Assembly: GCA_050114655.1 (NCBI GenBank)
Contig: JASFRZ010000003.1
Span: forward strand, 1-35,325
Source of the DNA: Acidobacteriota bacterium
GTDB lineage: Bacteria > Acidobacteriota > UBA890
Length of the DNA: 35,325 bases
Direction of reading: 5' to 3'
Below the pieces are notes generated by a model. It saw only the letters and a program-made list of their open reading frames with translations, was not told where the DNA came from and did not search any database. This document shows positions 18,359 through 28,274 of the stretch, one piece after another; the first letter of the stretch is position 1; every line of letters starts with the position of its first letter. Position numbers and translations under genes: made by a program.

Positions 18359-18406
18359 TGCGTCAAGTGCTTCAGTCGCTCCCTGGGCTCGGTCGTGGCG
18401 AGCCAG

Positions 18407-20311
18407 CTAGTGGATGATTTCCGCCTTGGTGCCGAAGCCGGTGCGCGGCCCCTTGTTGTCGCGCACCAGCACGCGATCGGTGTCGGCGATCGAGAAACCG
18501 GTCTGGTAGACGAGCTGGGCGATGCGCGCCATCTTGTCGAACTCGATCTTGTCGACCTCGTCGCTGACGCGGTGATAGTCGGGGTGTAGCCCGGTGGTCA
18601 GAAAGGCGATCGGGATGCCCTTGGCGGCGTAACTGTAGTGGTCGCTGCGGGTGTACACGCTCTCCGGATCGGCCGGGTCGTTGAGCTCGTAGTCGAGCGT
18701 CAACGGTTGCGGCAGCGTCTCGTTGGTCTCGACGATGATGTTGTGCAGGTCGGTGCTGATGCGATCGGCGCCGACGACGAAGACGCTGTTGCTGTAGTCG
18801 CCTTCGATGTCGTCGCAGTCGTCGCGGCCGACCATGTCCATGTTGAGTTGCGCCTGGACTTTGTCCAGCGGCACGACGGGGAAGTCGGCGTTGTAGCGCG
18901 ATCCCAGCAGGCCGGCCTCCTCGCCGGCGTGCCACACGAAGACCACTGAGCGCTTGGGCTCAGGGCCGGTGGCGAAGGCCTTGGCGACCGCGAGCAGGGC
19001 GGTCGAGCCCGAGCCGTCGTCGTCGGCGCCGTTGTAAATGAAATCGCGCTCGTCGAAGGGCAGGGCGGGGGCGCTCGCCGCGGCGCCACGGCCGCCGCCT
19101 CCACCCCCGAAGCCGCGCCCCGGGTTCTGCGGCGTCTTGCCGGCCGCGGTCAGCGCCTCGATCGCCGCCTCGCCGCGCTGCCGGCAGGCGGTCGGCGTCG
19201 GCCCGCGGCCGTTGCCGTTCTGGTTGTAGCCGACGTGATCGAGGTGGGCGCCGAACAGCACGTAGGTGTCGGCAAGCGCCGGGTCGCTGCCGCGCACCAT
19301 GCCGACGACGTTCTGGGTGAGCCGCTCGGAGACCACCTCGAAAGTGTTGTCGATGGTGATGGTCACGTCGGCGTCGGGCAGCGAGAAGGCGGGCAGCGGG
19401 TCGCCGCGCCCGGCCATCGCCTGCAAATCGGCGAACGAGGTCGGTGCGTTGCTCAGCAGCAGCTCGAAGAAGGTCTCGTCGGCGGTGAGCTGGGGTGGTA
19501 CCGGCAACTCCACGTTCTGGACGCTGGTGATGTCGGCCTCGACCGCGGCGGCGCCGCCACGACCGCCGCGGAAGCCACCGCGGCCGCCGCCGCGCAGCTG
19601 TTGCTGCGCGCGCGTGACGGCTGCCGTCGCCTCTCCAAGGGCGGTTTCGGCCTCGGCGAGCGAATCCTCCGCCGGCGATGGGGCGGGCGCGGCAACGAAG
19701 CCGATAGCCGCCGCGGCGCCGTGGCTGTTGATCGCCGTCGAGCCCGGGTTGCCGCGCCGGCGGAAGCCGCCGCCCTGTCCCGGAGGCGTGCTCGGCATCC
19801 ACACCACCAGCTTGCCGGCGAGGTCGCGTCCGGCGAGCGTCTCGTCGCTGCTGCCGATGAACTCCACGCCGTGGAAGGTCAGCGCCTGATCGCCGCCGGA
19901 GTTGAAGCTGAACTCGACGTGGTCGCCCTGGGCAAAGGTGCGTGATTCGCCGCCCACCGCCACGTTGATCTCTGAGTCGCGCGTCACCTTGTAGCCGCGC
20001 AGCTTGACCGGCTGGAAGTAGTTGCCGTCATCACCGAGCGGCTCGATCCCCCATTCCTTCAGGTGATCGGCGACGTACTGGGACGCCAGGCCGTAGCCCT
20101 CGGTGAAGACCTGGCGGCCCTGCAGCTCATCGGAGGCCAGGTAAGTCAGCCAGGTGCGCATGTCGTCGGGGCTGATGCGGGCGAAGTCGACGTCGGTGAC
20201 CGCCTGCGGCGCCTGTGCGCCCATTGCGGGCCAGGGGTGCGTGGCGACGGCCAGCAGCAGACAGGTGCCGGTCAGGAGCAAGCGGGACTTCCAGGTGTCG
20301 ATGCGGGACAT
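18407..20311 (-). CDS. Secreted M28 family metallopeptidase with PA-like insert
   Basis: Signal peptide; LASDELQGR; GAHLDHVG; NGADDDGSGS; AGEEAGLLGS; NMDMVGR; RSDHYSY; DYHRVSD. Confidence 0.92.
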   Translation of the reverse strand: MSRIDTWKSRLLLTGTCLLLAVATHPWPAMGAQAPQAVTDVDFARISPDDMRTWLTYLASDELQGRQVFTEGYGLASQYVADHLKEWGIEPLGDDGNYFQPVKLRGYKVTRDSEINVAVGGESRTFAQGDHVEFSFNSGGDQALTFHGVEFIGSSDETLAGRDLAGKLVVWMPSTPPGQGGGFRRRGNPGSTAINSHGAAAAIGFVAAPAPSPAEDSLAEAETALGEATAAVTRAQQQLRGGGRGGFRGGRGGAAAVEADITSVQNVELPVPPQLTADETFFELLLSNAPTSFADLQAMAGRGDPLPAFSLPDADVTITIDNTFEVVSERLTQNVVGMVRGSDPALADTYVLFGAHLDHVGYNQNGNGRGPTPTACRQRGEAAIEALTAAGKTPQNPGRGFGGGGGGRGAAASAPALPFDERDFIYNGADDDGSGSTALLAVAKAFATGPEPKRSVVFVWHAGEEAGLLGSRYNADFPVVPLDKVQAQLNMDMVGRDDCDDIEGDYSNSVFVVGADRISTDLHNIIVETNETLPQPLTLDYELNDPADPESVYTRSDHYSYAAKGIPIAFLTTGLHPDYHRVSDEVDKIEFDKMARIAQLVYQTGFSIADTDRVLVRDNKGPRTGFGTKAEIIH

Positions 20312-20491
20312 GGCGTTCCTCCATCTGCGCCGGGCGCGTCAGCGCCCGCGGGGACTCTGCTTCGAGGTTTGACAGGACGATGGGGACGCCGGCCAGCTCA
20401 GACTGGCCAACCCTTCATAGGAAATGCCTTTTGGCGGATGCTTGCAAGCGGTGCTGCCGTCGCGGCGCGAGCGGAGTGCCCGGCGGCCGCG

Positions 20492-23400
20492 TCAGCGCTG
20501 CCGTACCAGCACGAAGTACATTACCGGCGTGGCGACCAGTGACAGCAGCACCGAGATACACAGTGCCCCGATCACCGCGATCGCCAGCGGCTTGAGCATG
20601 TCGGCGCCGGAGCCGATTCCCCAGGCCAGCGGCAGCATGCCGAGGGCTGCCGCCAGGGAGGTCATCAGCACCGGGCGCAGGCGCCGGCGCCCGGATCCCA
20701 CCAGTGACTCGATGAGGTCGTAGCCTTCGGCGCGCAGATGTCTGACGTAGTCGAGCATGAGAATGCCGTTCTTGGCGACGATGCCGATGCCGATGATGGC
20801 GCCGAGAAACGACACCACGTTGAACGATGTGCCGGTGAGCCACAGCGCCAGGACGGTGCCGAACATCGCCAGCACTGCGCCGAAGACGATGGCGATCGGC
20901 TCGTAGAAGGTGCCGAAGTCCAGCAACAGCACGGTGAACACCAGGATCACCGCCATCACCAGTACCAGCACCAGGTTGCGGAAGGATGCCTGTTGCTGTT
21001 CGTACAGGCCGCCGTACTCGATGGTCCCGGGTGGGATCGAGCTGTCCTGATCGAGCACGCCGCGGATCTCGGCGATCGCGCTGCCCATGTCGCGTCCTTC
21101 GAGGCGTGCGGTGACCGCAACGTCCTGTCGCGCGTCCTCGCGACGCAGCTCGAGTTGCCCGGGTTCCATGACCACGTCGACCACCTGGGAGAGCTTGATC
21201 AACGAGCCATCGGGGATGCGCAGCGGCAGGTTCAGCAGGTTGGCGATACGTTCGGTGACACCCGGGTCAGCCTTGACCCGGATATCGACGATGCGGTCGC
21301 CCTCGAGCACCGAGGACGCCTTTTCGCCGAGCATGGCGGCGTTGGCCGCCGCGGCGATGTCGCTCGTCTGCAGGCCGAAGCGGCGTGCATCGACGGAGCG
21401 CGGCCGCAGGCTGATCGTCGGCCCCGTGTATACCAGCCCGTCGAAGACGTCGACAACGCCGGGAATCTGCTCGATGCGCTGCGCCACTTCCGGCGCCTTC
21501 TGCTTGAGCCACTCCTGGTCGTTCGAAAACAGCTTGATCTCGATCGGCTGTGGGGCCCACATGAGGTCGCCGATGAGGTCGCCGAGGATGCCCGGAAACT
21601 CCCAGGTCAGGCCCGGCAGCTCGCTGTTGAAGCGCGCACGCAGCTCGCTGATCACCTCGTCGGTGGTGCGACTGCGGCCGCGCCGCAGCTTGACCAGGAA
21701 ATCGCCGGTGTTGGGCTCGGCAATGGCCAGCGCGAGGCGGGCGCCGGTGCGCCGCGAGTAGCTCTCCAGCTCGGGGATCGAGCGCAGAATCTCTTCCGCC
21801 TGCAGCAGCTGGCGGTTGGTTTCTTCCAGGCTGGTGCCGGGCGGCGTGAAGTAATCGATCACGAAGCCGCCCTCGTCCATCGGCGGCAGAAACTCGCTGT
21901 CGAGTCGGCCGTACAGCAGGATGCCGGCGAGCACGATCAGTGCGCAGACTCCCAGCGTCAACCAGGAGTGGCGTAGCGCCGGTCGCACCGCGCGCTCATA
22001 GAGATCGATGAGGCGGCGCAGCACGAAACCGCCCTGCACGTCGTGCTCCTCCCACGCCTGCTCTGCCGGCTCGCTCGGTTCTCCCTTCCCCGCTTCCGGT
22101 GCCCCGCGGATCAGCCACGCGGCGAGCGCGGGGGTGAGCGTCACCGCCAGCAGCAGTGAGGTGAGCAGCGACACCACCATGGTCATCGCCAGGGCGCGGA
22201 AGAAGACGCCGGTAATTCCCTCCAGGAAGGTCAGCGGAAGGAACACGACGACCGGCGTCAGTGTCGAGCCGACCAGCGGGCGGAAGATCTCGTTGATGCC
22301 GTTCATCACCGCCTGGTGCCGGCTCTCGCCGCCGAGACGCTTGGTGTAGATCGCCTCGACCACGACGATGGCATCGTCGATGACCAGGCCGATGGCCGCG
22401 GCGATGCCGCCCAGGGTCATCAGATTGAAGGTCAGGCCGGCGAGCTCCATCGTTACCAGCGTAATCAGCACGGTTACCGGAATGACGGTCGTGGCTACCA
22501 GCGTGGTGCTCCAGTTCTTCAGAAAGAAGAACAGGATGAACACCGACAGCAGCAGACCGAAGAGGATCGCCTCCCACACGCTGGCCACCGAGTCGCGGAC
22601 GATCTCCGACTGGTCGTAGAAGAATGCCAGCTTCATGTCGGGCGGAAGCTCCTGGCGGAGCGCGCTGATCTGCTCCTTGAGCGCGGCGGCGATGGCGAGC
22701 GTGCTGCCGTCGGGCTGGCTGCGGACGTTGAGCAGAACCGCATCTTGCCCGTCCGCAGTGACGATATTGAAAACCGGCTCGGGGCCGCGCTCGACGTGCG
22801 CGAAGTCCTTGATGCGTACCGGGTGACCGTCCAACGAGGTGACGATGAACTCCTCGATGTCGGCAGGAGTGCGCAACCTGCCGTCGACCACCGTCAAATA
22901 GAGTGTGTGGTTCTCCTCGTCCATGCCGGCCGAGCTGATGGCGTTATTCTCCCGCAGCGCCGCGGTGACGTCGGCGAGCGCCAGGCCCGCGGCGCTCAGC
23001 CGTATGGGGTCGACGACGACGTGATACTCGGGTCGGCGCCCGCCGACCAGATCGACGCGCGCGACGCCGGGTATGCGCAGGAAGCGCAGCTTGAGGTCGT
23101 AGCGGGCCTCCTCCCACAGCTCGGTGATGTCGCGCGTCGCGCTGGTCAGGCTGACCCCCACGATCGGGAACGCGGAGAAGGTGAGCCGGAAGACGGTCGT
23201 CTCCGTGGTCTCCGGCAGGGTGCCGCGGATCTCGGCGAGCCGGCTCAGCACGTACAGCTCGGAGCGCACCATGTCGACCTGCCAGGTGAAGAAGACGTTG
23301 ATCTCCGCGGCGCCGCGGCCGGTGGCGGAGCGCACCGTGACGACGCCGGGGATGTCCTTCATCGACTCCTCGATCGGCCGCGTGATGGTGGCCATCATCT

Positions 23401-23569
23401 CGTCGCCTGGCATGACGCCGTTGTCGGCGAGGATCACGACGCGCGGGAAGTCGGTCTGCGGAAACACCGACGAGGAGACCGTGCCGGCGGCGACGACGCC
23501 GGCGAGACACAGCGCGACGCTGATGAAGACCACCGGCAGCGAGTAATCGATCGCGAGTCGTCCCAGCAC
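20492..23569 (-). CDS. RND efflux transporter permease (AcrB/CusA/CzcA superfamily)
   Basis: 1025 aa; two periplasmic loops; GLVIDDAIVVVE (TM4), AKNGIL, RLRPVLMT and LPPMDEG motifs. Confidence 0.95.
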   Translation of the reverse strand: MLGRLAIDYSLPVVFISVALCLAGVVAAGTVSSSVFPQTDFPRVVILADNGVMPGDEMMATITRPIEESMKDIPGVVTVRSATGRGAAEINVFFTWQVDMVRSELYVLSRLAEIRGTLPETTETTVFRLTFSAFPIVGVSLTSATRDITELWEEARYDLKLRFLRIPGVARVDLVGGRRPEYHVVVDPIRLSAAGLALADVTAALRENNAISSAGMDEENHTLYLTVVDGRLRTPADIEEFIVTSLDGHPVRIKDFAHVERGPEPVFNIVTADGQDAVLLNVRSQPDGSTLAIAAALKEQISALRQELPPDMKLAFFYDQSEIVRDSVASVWEAILFGLLLSVFILFFFLKNWSTTLVATTVIPVTVLITLVTMELAGLTFNLMTLGGIAAAIGLVIDDAIVVVEAIYTKRLGGESRHQAVMNGINEIFRPLVGSTLTPVVVFLPLTFLEGITGVFFRALAMTMVVSLLTSLLLAVTLTPALAAWLIRGAPEAGKGEPSEPAEQAWEEHDVQGGFVLRRLIDLYERAVRPALRHSWLTLGVCALIVLAGILLYGRLDSEFLPPMDEGGFVIDYFTPPGTSLEETNRQLLQAEEILRSIPELESYSRRTGARLALAIAEPNTGDFLVKLRRGRSRTTDEVISELRARFNSELPGLTWEFPGILGDLIGDLMWAPQPIEIKLFSNDQEWLKQKAPEVAQRIEQIPGVVDVFDGLVYTGPTISLRPRSVDARRFGLQTSDIAAAANAAMLGEKASSVLEGDRIVDIRVKADPGVTERIANLLNLPLRIPDGSLIKLSQVVDVVMEPGQLELRREDARQDVAVTARLEGRDMGSAIAEIRGVLDQDSSIPPGTIEYGGLYEQQQASFRNLVLVLVMAVILVFTVLLLDFGTFYEPIAIVFGAVLAMFGTVLALWLTGTSFNVVSFLGAIIGIGIVAKNGILMLDYVRHLRAEGYDLIESLVGSGRRRLRPVLMTSLAAALGMLPLAWGIGSGADMLKPLAIAVIGALCISVLLSLVATPVMYFVLVRQR

Positions 23570-23570
23570 G

Positions 23571-24677
23571 TCAGCGCTCCACTATGTGGACCCTGGTCTC
23601 GGGCGGCAGGCTGTAGGCATCCTCGGTGACGATGGTCATGCCCTCGCGCAGACCATCACCGGTGACCTCGACCAGGCCGCCTTCGCGCAGGCCGCTGGTG
23701 ACCGGCTGGCGATGGGCCTGGTCCCCCTCGACGACGACGATCCACTCACCTTCGTCGGCGCTGGTCACCAGGCTCGCCTCCGGAACCACCAGACGGTCGG
23801 CGCGCTCCTCGGCGAGGATGCGGATGCGGAGGAACTCTCCCGGCTTCAGCGTCGAGCCCGGCGGCACGACGGCGCGGACCATCACGGTGTCGCTGCGCCG
23901 ATCGACGTCGTTGGCGATGAACGTGAGGCGGCTCGGAATAGCGGACGGCTCGGTGGTGCCCGCCGACGCGGCGCTGGAACCTGCGGTGGCGATCTCGACC
24001 GGCATACCCAGCGTCAGGCCGGCGGCCTCGGCGCTCGGCACCCCCGCCGATACCACCAGGCGATCGAGTGCGACGAGCTCGGCAAGGACCGTGTTTGCCT
24101 CGATGGTCTGCCCGAGCGCGGCATCGATACGCACCACGGTGCCCGCAATCGGCGCGGTGATCTGCAGGAGGGCGAGCTGGGTCTCGGCGGCGGCGACTGC
24201 GTTGCGCGCCGCGTTGCGCGCCGCCTCGGCCTCCTGGAAGGCGCGCTGCGAGGTGCCGTCGGCGGCGATCAGCTCCTGCTGGCGGGCGTACGTCTTTTCC
24301 GCGAACTCGAGCTGCGCGCGCGCCGTCTGTAGATCCACCTCCGCCACCCGGTCGTCGAGCCGGAAGAGCGTGTCGCCACGCTCTACCCTGCTTCCCTCGA
24401 CGCAGTCGATGCTCACCAGCAGCCCGCCGACCGGAGCCCCGATGGTGACGTTGGCGGGAGGACGCTCGGCGCTTTGCGGCTCGGGCGCCACGTTGCCGAA
24501 GGCGGTGACGTAGCGGTGCAGCGTGGCGCGGGAGACGGTCGCGACGTGTACCGCCACGTCGGTGGGTGTCTCCTCTTCCACCGTGGCTTCGGGGCGCAGC
24601 ATCGGCGCGACGAAGAGGTAGAGGACGACCGCGATCGCCAGGATCGCCAGTGCCGTCAGAGCGTTCTTGGTCGACAT
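23571..24677 (-). CDS. RND periplasmic adaptor (membrane fusion protein)
   Basis: N-terminal TM; APVGG...VEGSRVERGDTLFRLD lipoyl half; helical hairpin; ITAPIAGTV; LKPGEF; VTSGLREGGLVEV. GGAGG RBS. Confidence 0.93.
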   Translation of the reverse strand: MSTKNALTALAILAIAVVLYLFVAPMLRPEATVEEETPTDVAVHVATVSRATLHRYVTAFGNVAPEPQSAERPPANVTIGAPVGGLLVSIDCVEGSRVERGDTLFRLDDRVAEVDLQTARAQLEFAEKTYARQQELIAADGTSQRAFQEAEAARNAARNAVAAAETQLALLQITAPIAGTVVRIDAALGQTIEANTVLAELVALDRLVVSAGVPSAEAAGLTLGMPVEIATAGSSAASAGTTEPSAIPSRLTFIANDVDRRSDTVMVRAVVPPGSTLKPGEFLRIRILAEERADRLVVPEASLVTSADEGEWIVVVEGDQAHRQPVTSGLREGGLVEVTGDGLREGMTIVTEDAYSLPPETRVHIVER

Positions 24678-24681
24678 CGGA

Positions 24682-26094
24682 TTACCTCCCCTCGAGCACC
24701 CAGCTCGGCAGATCGAGCGGGCTCTGAATGGCGTTCTCCAGCTCCCCGGCAGCCTGCTGCGCCTGCCCCAGGGTTTCCAGCCGCGCCAGCTCTCCGGTGG
24801 CCAGCTCGAGTTGCGCGCTCAGCAGGGCGAGACGGGAGACCTCGCCGAGTCGATAGGCGGTCGATGACAGCGCCTCCTGCTCCCGAAGTTGAGCGAGCAG
24901 CTCCTCGGAAGCGCCGCTCTTTTCCGTCGCCGCCTGGTAGGCAGCCATCGCCGCGTCGATATCGTTGAAGACGCTTGCCTGCGCGGCGAGCATTCGCGCA
25001 GCCGCTTCCTCCCGCGCCGCCTCGGCTTCGGCGATCGGCCCCTCGTTTTTGTTGAAGATCGGCAGGGTGAAGCCGACGCCGAGTGTCCACTTTGCGGCCA
25101 CCTGGTCGTACTGGAAGCCGGGTAGAAGATGGACGTCGGGGTACTGCTTTGCGACTTCGAGCTGCAGCGCCGCCTCGCTGGCGCCGTAGTCGGCCAGCGC
25201 CGCGAGGATGTCGGTGCGGTTGACCAGCGCGCGGCGGCGCATCTCGGCGTCGGGCAGAGTGCGCTCGAGCTGCTCCATGTCGGTGAGCGTGAGATCGATG
25301 TCGTCGAGGGCGGCGACGGGCACGCCGAGCGCGCCGGCGAGCGCGATGCGCGCCTGGCGCACCTGCGACGCTGCGTCGAGCGCGGCGAGGCGGGTGTCGT
25401 TGAGGGCGATGCGCGCCTGGGTAAGCTCGTTGGGCGAGATCTCTCCGGCCGCGAGCTGCAACTCCAGCAAGCGCACGCTCTCGCTGCGCAAGTCCCGCTG
25501 CTGCGCGAGATTCTCTTCTTTCCTCTGCGCCACGAACAAGGTGACGTAGGCGGCGCGCAGTCGGCTGCGCGCCCGCCAGGCGGCCGCCAGCACCTCGAGG
25601 CGCGCGGCCTCCGCGATATGGCTGCTCTGCGCGGATCGGATATCGCGCTTGCCGGCCGTCTCGATGGTCAGGTCGAGCACGGCTTCGGGTATCCACGGAT
25701 TGATGCCGACCGTCGTCGCGTTATAGCCGCTGCCGATGCCGGCCGTCGGGTTCGGCCGCATGCCGGCGGTGATCATCCCCGCCTGCGCCACGGCCCAGTG
25801 TGCGCGCGCGACGTCGAGCTCCGGGCTGTAGTAGAGCGCCGCCAGGGTGAGGGCGTCGAAGTCCCAGTGTGCCGGCGGCCAGCTTTCGATGCCGGCGTCG
25901 TCGCGCAGGAACTCGCTGAGCTGCGGAGCATCGAGACGCCGTGCCGCGAAATCGTCGAGCGTTTGTTCGGCGCTGACCGGCTTGGGCGTGTAGTGGGCGC
26001 AGCCGCCCGCGAGTCTCGCCACCAGCAGCGCGACGACAATCACCGGATGCCGGCGGGTCAAAAACCTGCTTCGCGGCGACTCGCTCGAGCGCAT
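24682..26094 (-). CDS. TolC-family outer membrane efflux lipoprotein
   Basis: Lipobox LAGGC; SPELDVARA, RPNPT, IETAGKR, QYPDV, TLPIFNKNEG. Its ATG overlaps the kinase stop codon (TGATG). Confidence 0.92.
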   Translation of the reverse strand: MRSSESPRSRFLTRRHPVIVVALLVARLAGGCAHYTPKPVSAEQTLDDFAARRLDAPQLSEFLRDDAGIESWPPAHWDFDALTLAALYYSPELDVARAHWAVAQAGMITAGMRPNPTAGIGSGYNATTVGINPWIPEAVLDLTIETAGKRDIRSAQSSHIAEAARLEVLAAAWRARSRLRAAYVTLFVAQRKEENLAQQRDLRSESVRLLELQLAAGEISPNELTQARIALNDTRLAALDAASQVRQARIALAGALGVPVAALDDIDLTLTDMEQLERTLPDAEMRRRALVNRTDILAALADYGASEAALQLEVAKQYPDVHLLPGFQYDQVAAKWTLGVGFTLPIFNKNEGPIAEAEAAREEAAARMLAAQASVFNDIDAAMAAYQAATEKSGASEELLAQLREQEALSSTAYRLGEVSRLALLSAQLELATGELARLETLGQAQQAAGELENAIQSPLDLPSWVLEGR

Positions 26095-27485
26095 CAACGT
26101 CCTGGTTCTCCGCGCGGTGCTTTCGGCCAGCGCAGACCGACCACGTTGCGATCACCGACGTGACGGTGAACGACTTCACCATCGTGCACGCGCGCGATCC
26201 AGCCCACGATCGACAGCCCCAGGCCCTGCTCGCGGACTGCTTCCGGCGTGCCGGCGGGATCGGCGTGGCCCGGGATCGAGGGTGACGCGAACGGAAGGCC
26301 GGCGCTCGACACGGCGAGGTTGGCGACGTTTCCCTGGAGGTATGCCGAGATCTCGATCGTTGTGCGTTGCGCACCGTGCCGTACGGCATTCTCGAGAAGC
26401 TCGACCAACGCTTCGCGCAGCAGCTGGGCGTTGCCGCAAGCTTCTACCGGATCGACGCGCGCGAGCCTGAGCTCGTAGCCTTCCTCATGGGCGCGGCCGC
26501 TCATCAGCTCGGCGCATTCGACGGCGAGGGTGTCGAGTTCGATGGTGTCACGGACTGCCGGCGCGCTCCCGATTCGCGCCTCGGCGAGGAGCAACAAGTC
26601 GCGCACGCGATAGTCGATCTGGTCGGCGGCGCGCCCGATCCGTCGCAGCGCCGTCTCGTAGTCCTGGCTCTTCGGCGAACGGTCGAGGAGGAGCGAAGCT
26701 TCGCCCTTCACGAGCGTGAGCGGCGTCTTGATCTGATGAGCTACCTCGGCGAGAAAGCGGCGGCTGTTTCCCTGCGCCGTTTCCAGACGCGAAAGCAGCT
26801 CGTTGAAGCGGGTAGTGAGCTGTCCGATCTCGTCGACCGGCCGGCGAACCGGCAGGCGCGCGGCGAGATCGGACGGACCGATGCCGCCGATAGCCGCGGC
26901 GACCTCGTGCAGGGGCTGCAAAGCCCTTCGACTGAAGACGTAGCCAGTGATCATGGAGAACAGAACCAGGACCGGGAGGCTGGCGAACAGCCAGCCGCCG
27001 AGGACACGGTTTTTCTCCACCAAGGATCTCGTCGAAGCGCCGGCGGCGACGGAAAACCCTGTGCCTGTCGTCGAAGCGACACGAGCGAAGCGAACGCCGA
27101 GTGCCTCGTCGTCGAGCACACCGACGGAAGCACCACTCGGGAGCGCTTGCAGGAGGGAGTCGAACGCCCGCGACATGGAATCGCTTCCGCGCCAGGCGAT
27201 GCGACGGCCTGCCGAGTCGAGAACCGCGTAGGCGAGATCGCTGCGGGGCCACTCGCCGAGAACCTCGGAAGCCATCTCGGCAAGCGGTGCGCCACCACCT
27301 TCTTCGATCTCGGTTCCGATTGCCCCGGCGACCTCCAGTGCGTCTTGTCGCAGATCGGAGGTGAACCCGGCATCGGCATTGTGCCGCAAGTATACATACA
27401 GACCGGTGTCCAGGGCCGTCAGGCCGATCAGCAAGGCGGTACCGAACCACACCGCCATACGGATGCGAAGACGGCTCACGGCCAT
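26094..27485 (-). CDS. Sensor histidine kinase (2 TM, HAMP, HisKA, HATPase) with atypical motifs
   Basis: Two TM helices; HAMP (ALQPLHEV...DEIGQLTTRFNELL); H-box AHQIKTPL; N-box LLENAVRHG; G2 GLGLSIV; G1 box degenerate (SSAG). Confidence 0.88.
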   Translation of the reverse strand: MAVSRLRIRMAVWFGTALLIGLTALDTGLYVYLRHNADAGFTSDLRQDALEVAGAIGTEIEEGGGAPLAEMASEVLGEWPRSDLAYAVLDSAGRRIAWRGSDSMSRAFDSLLQALPSGASVGVLDDEALGVRFARVASTTGTGFSVAAGASTRSLVEKNRVLGGWLFASLPVLVLFSMITGYVFSRRALQPLHEVAAAIGGIGPSDLAARLPVRRPVDEIGQLTTRFNELLSRLETAQGNSRRFLAEVAHQIKTPLTLVKGEASLLLDRSPKSQDYETALRRIGRAADQIDYRVRDLLLLAEARIGSAPAVRDTIELDTLAVECAELMSGRAHEEGYELRLARVDPVEACGNAQLLREALVELLENAVRHGAQRTTIEISAYLQGNVANLAVSSAGLPFASPSIPGHADPAGTPEAVREQGLGLSIVGWIARVHDGEVVHRHVGDRNVVGLRWPKAPRGEPGR

Positions 27486-27522
27486 CTCGAGAGTCTCCTC
27501 GTCACGGTACCCGGGGCCGTCC

Positions 27523-28200
27523 TTACGGCGGCTGCTCGGAAACCGTGTACCCGACGCCCCTGATCGTGTGGATCAGCGGCTTCCGTTCCTGGCTGTCGAT
27601 CTTGCGCCGCAGTCGCCCGACCAGCACGTCGACCACGTTGGCGACCGGGGCGTAGGGATCTTCCCAGACGTGCTCCATGATCTGGTCGCGGGTAAAGACC
27701 CAGCCGGGATGCCGCATGAGAAACTCGAGCAGGGCGAACTCGAGCCGGGTGAGATGGATTGAGTCCCCGGCGCGTGCGACGGCGTGCGTGGCCGGATCGA
27801 GCATGAGGTCTTCGACCTTCAGCTCGGGCTCGGTGGTCGCAGACGATCGCCTCGCCAGCGCGCGCAGCCGCGCCATCAGCTCCGGTACGGCAAACGGTTT
27901 CGGCAGGTAGTCGTCGGCCCCCGCATCGAGTCCGACGACGCGGTCGCCGAGCCCATCGCGCGCGGTGAGCATCAGAATGGGCACCACTTCCCCTGCGCGC
28001 CGCCAGCGTCGGCAGACCTCCACGCCGTCGATGTCGGGCAGGCCGATGTCGAGAACGACGAGGTCGTAAGAGCCCGCAGCCAGTGCCGCGATCGCATCCT
28101 CGCCGGAGCGCGCTACCTCGGGCGCCCACGTTGCGTCGCGTATCGTCCGCACGAGCAGATCCGCTACCTCGCGATCGTCTTCTACGATGAGTACGCGCAA
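27523..28200 (-). CDS. OmpR/PhoB-family response regulator (CusR/CzcR-like)
   Basis: LIVEDD, VLDIGLPDIDG, LMLTAR, GADDYLPKPF, and wHTH ending IHTIRGVGY. TTG start. Confidence 0.95.
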   Translation of the reverse strand: MRVLIVEDDREVADLLVRTIRDATWAPEVARSGEDAIAALAAGSYDLVVLDIGLPDIDGVEVCRRWRRAGEVVPILMLTARDGLGDRVVGLDAGADDYLPKPFAVPELMARLRALARRSSATTEPELKVEDLMLDPATHAVARAGDSIHLTRLEFALLEFLMRHPGWVFTRDQIMEHVWEDPYAPVANVVDVLVGRLRRKIDSQERKPLIHTIRGVGYTVSEQPP

Positions 28201-28274
28201 GCTGCGCCGTCCTCTGCTGAGCGAGTCCCGGGTGGAAGTTCAGCATGACCTGCGAGGAGACCGTCGTATTGCCG

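Noticed and set aside
20391-20446. Hairpin ggccag-N6-ctggcc and a TGGC...TTGC sigma-54-like motif
   Set aside because: A 6-bp GC stem is expected by chance. The GG-GC spacing is 9 rather than 10, and the motif points away from the M28 gene.
20492-28200. Assigning cusCBA/cusRS or czcCBA symbols
   Set aside because: Family membership is clear, but orthology and substrate cannot be established by eye.
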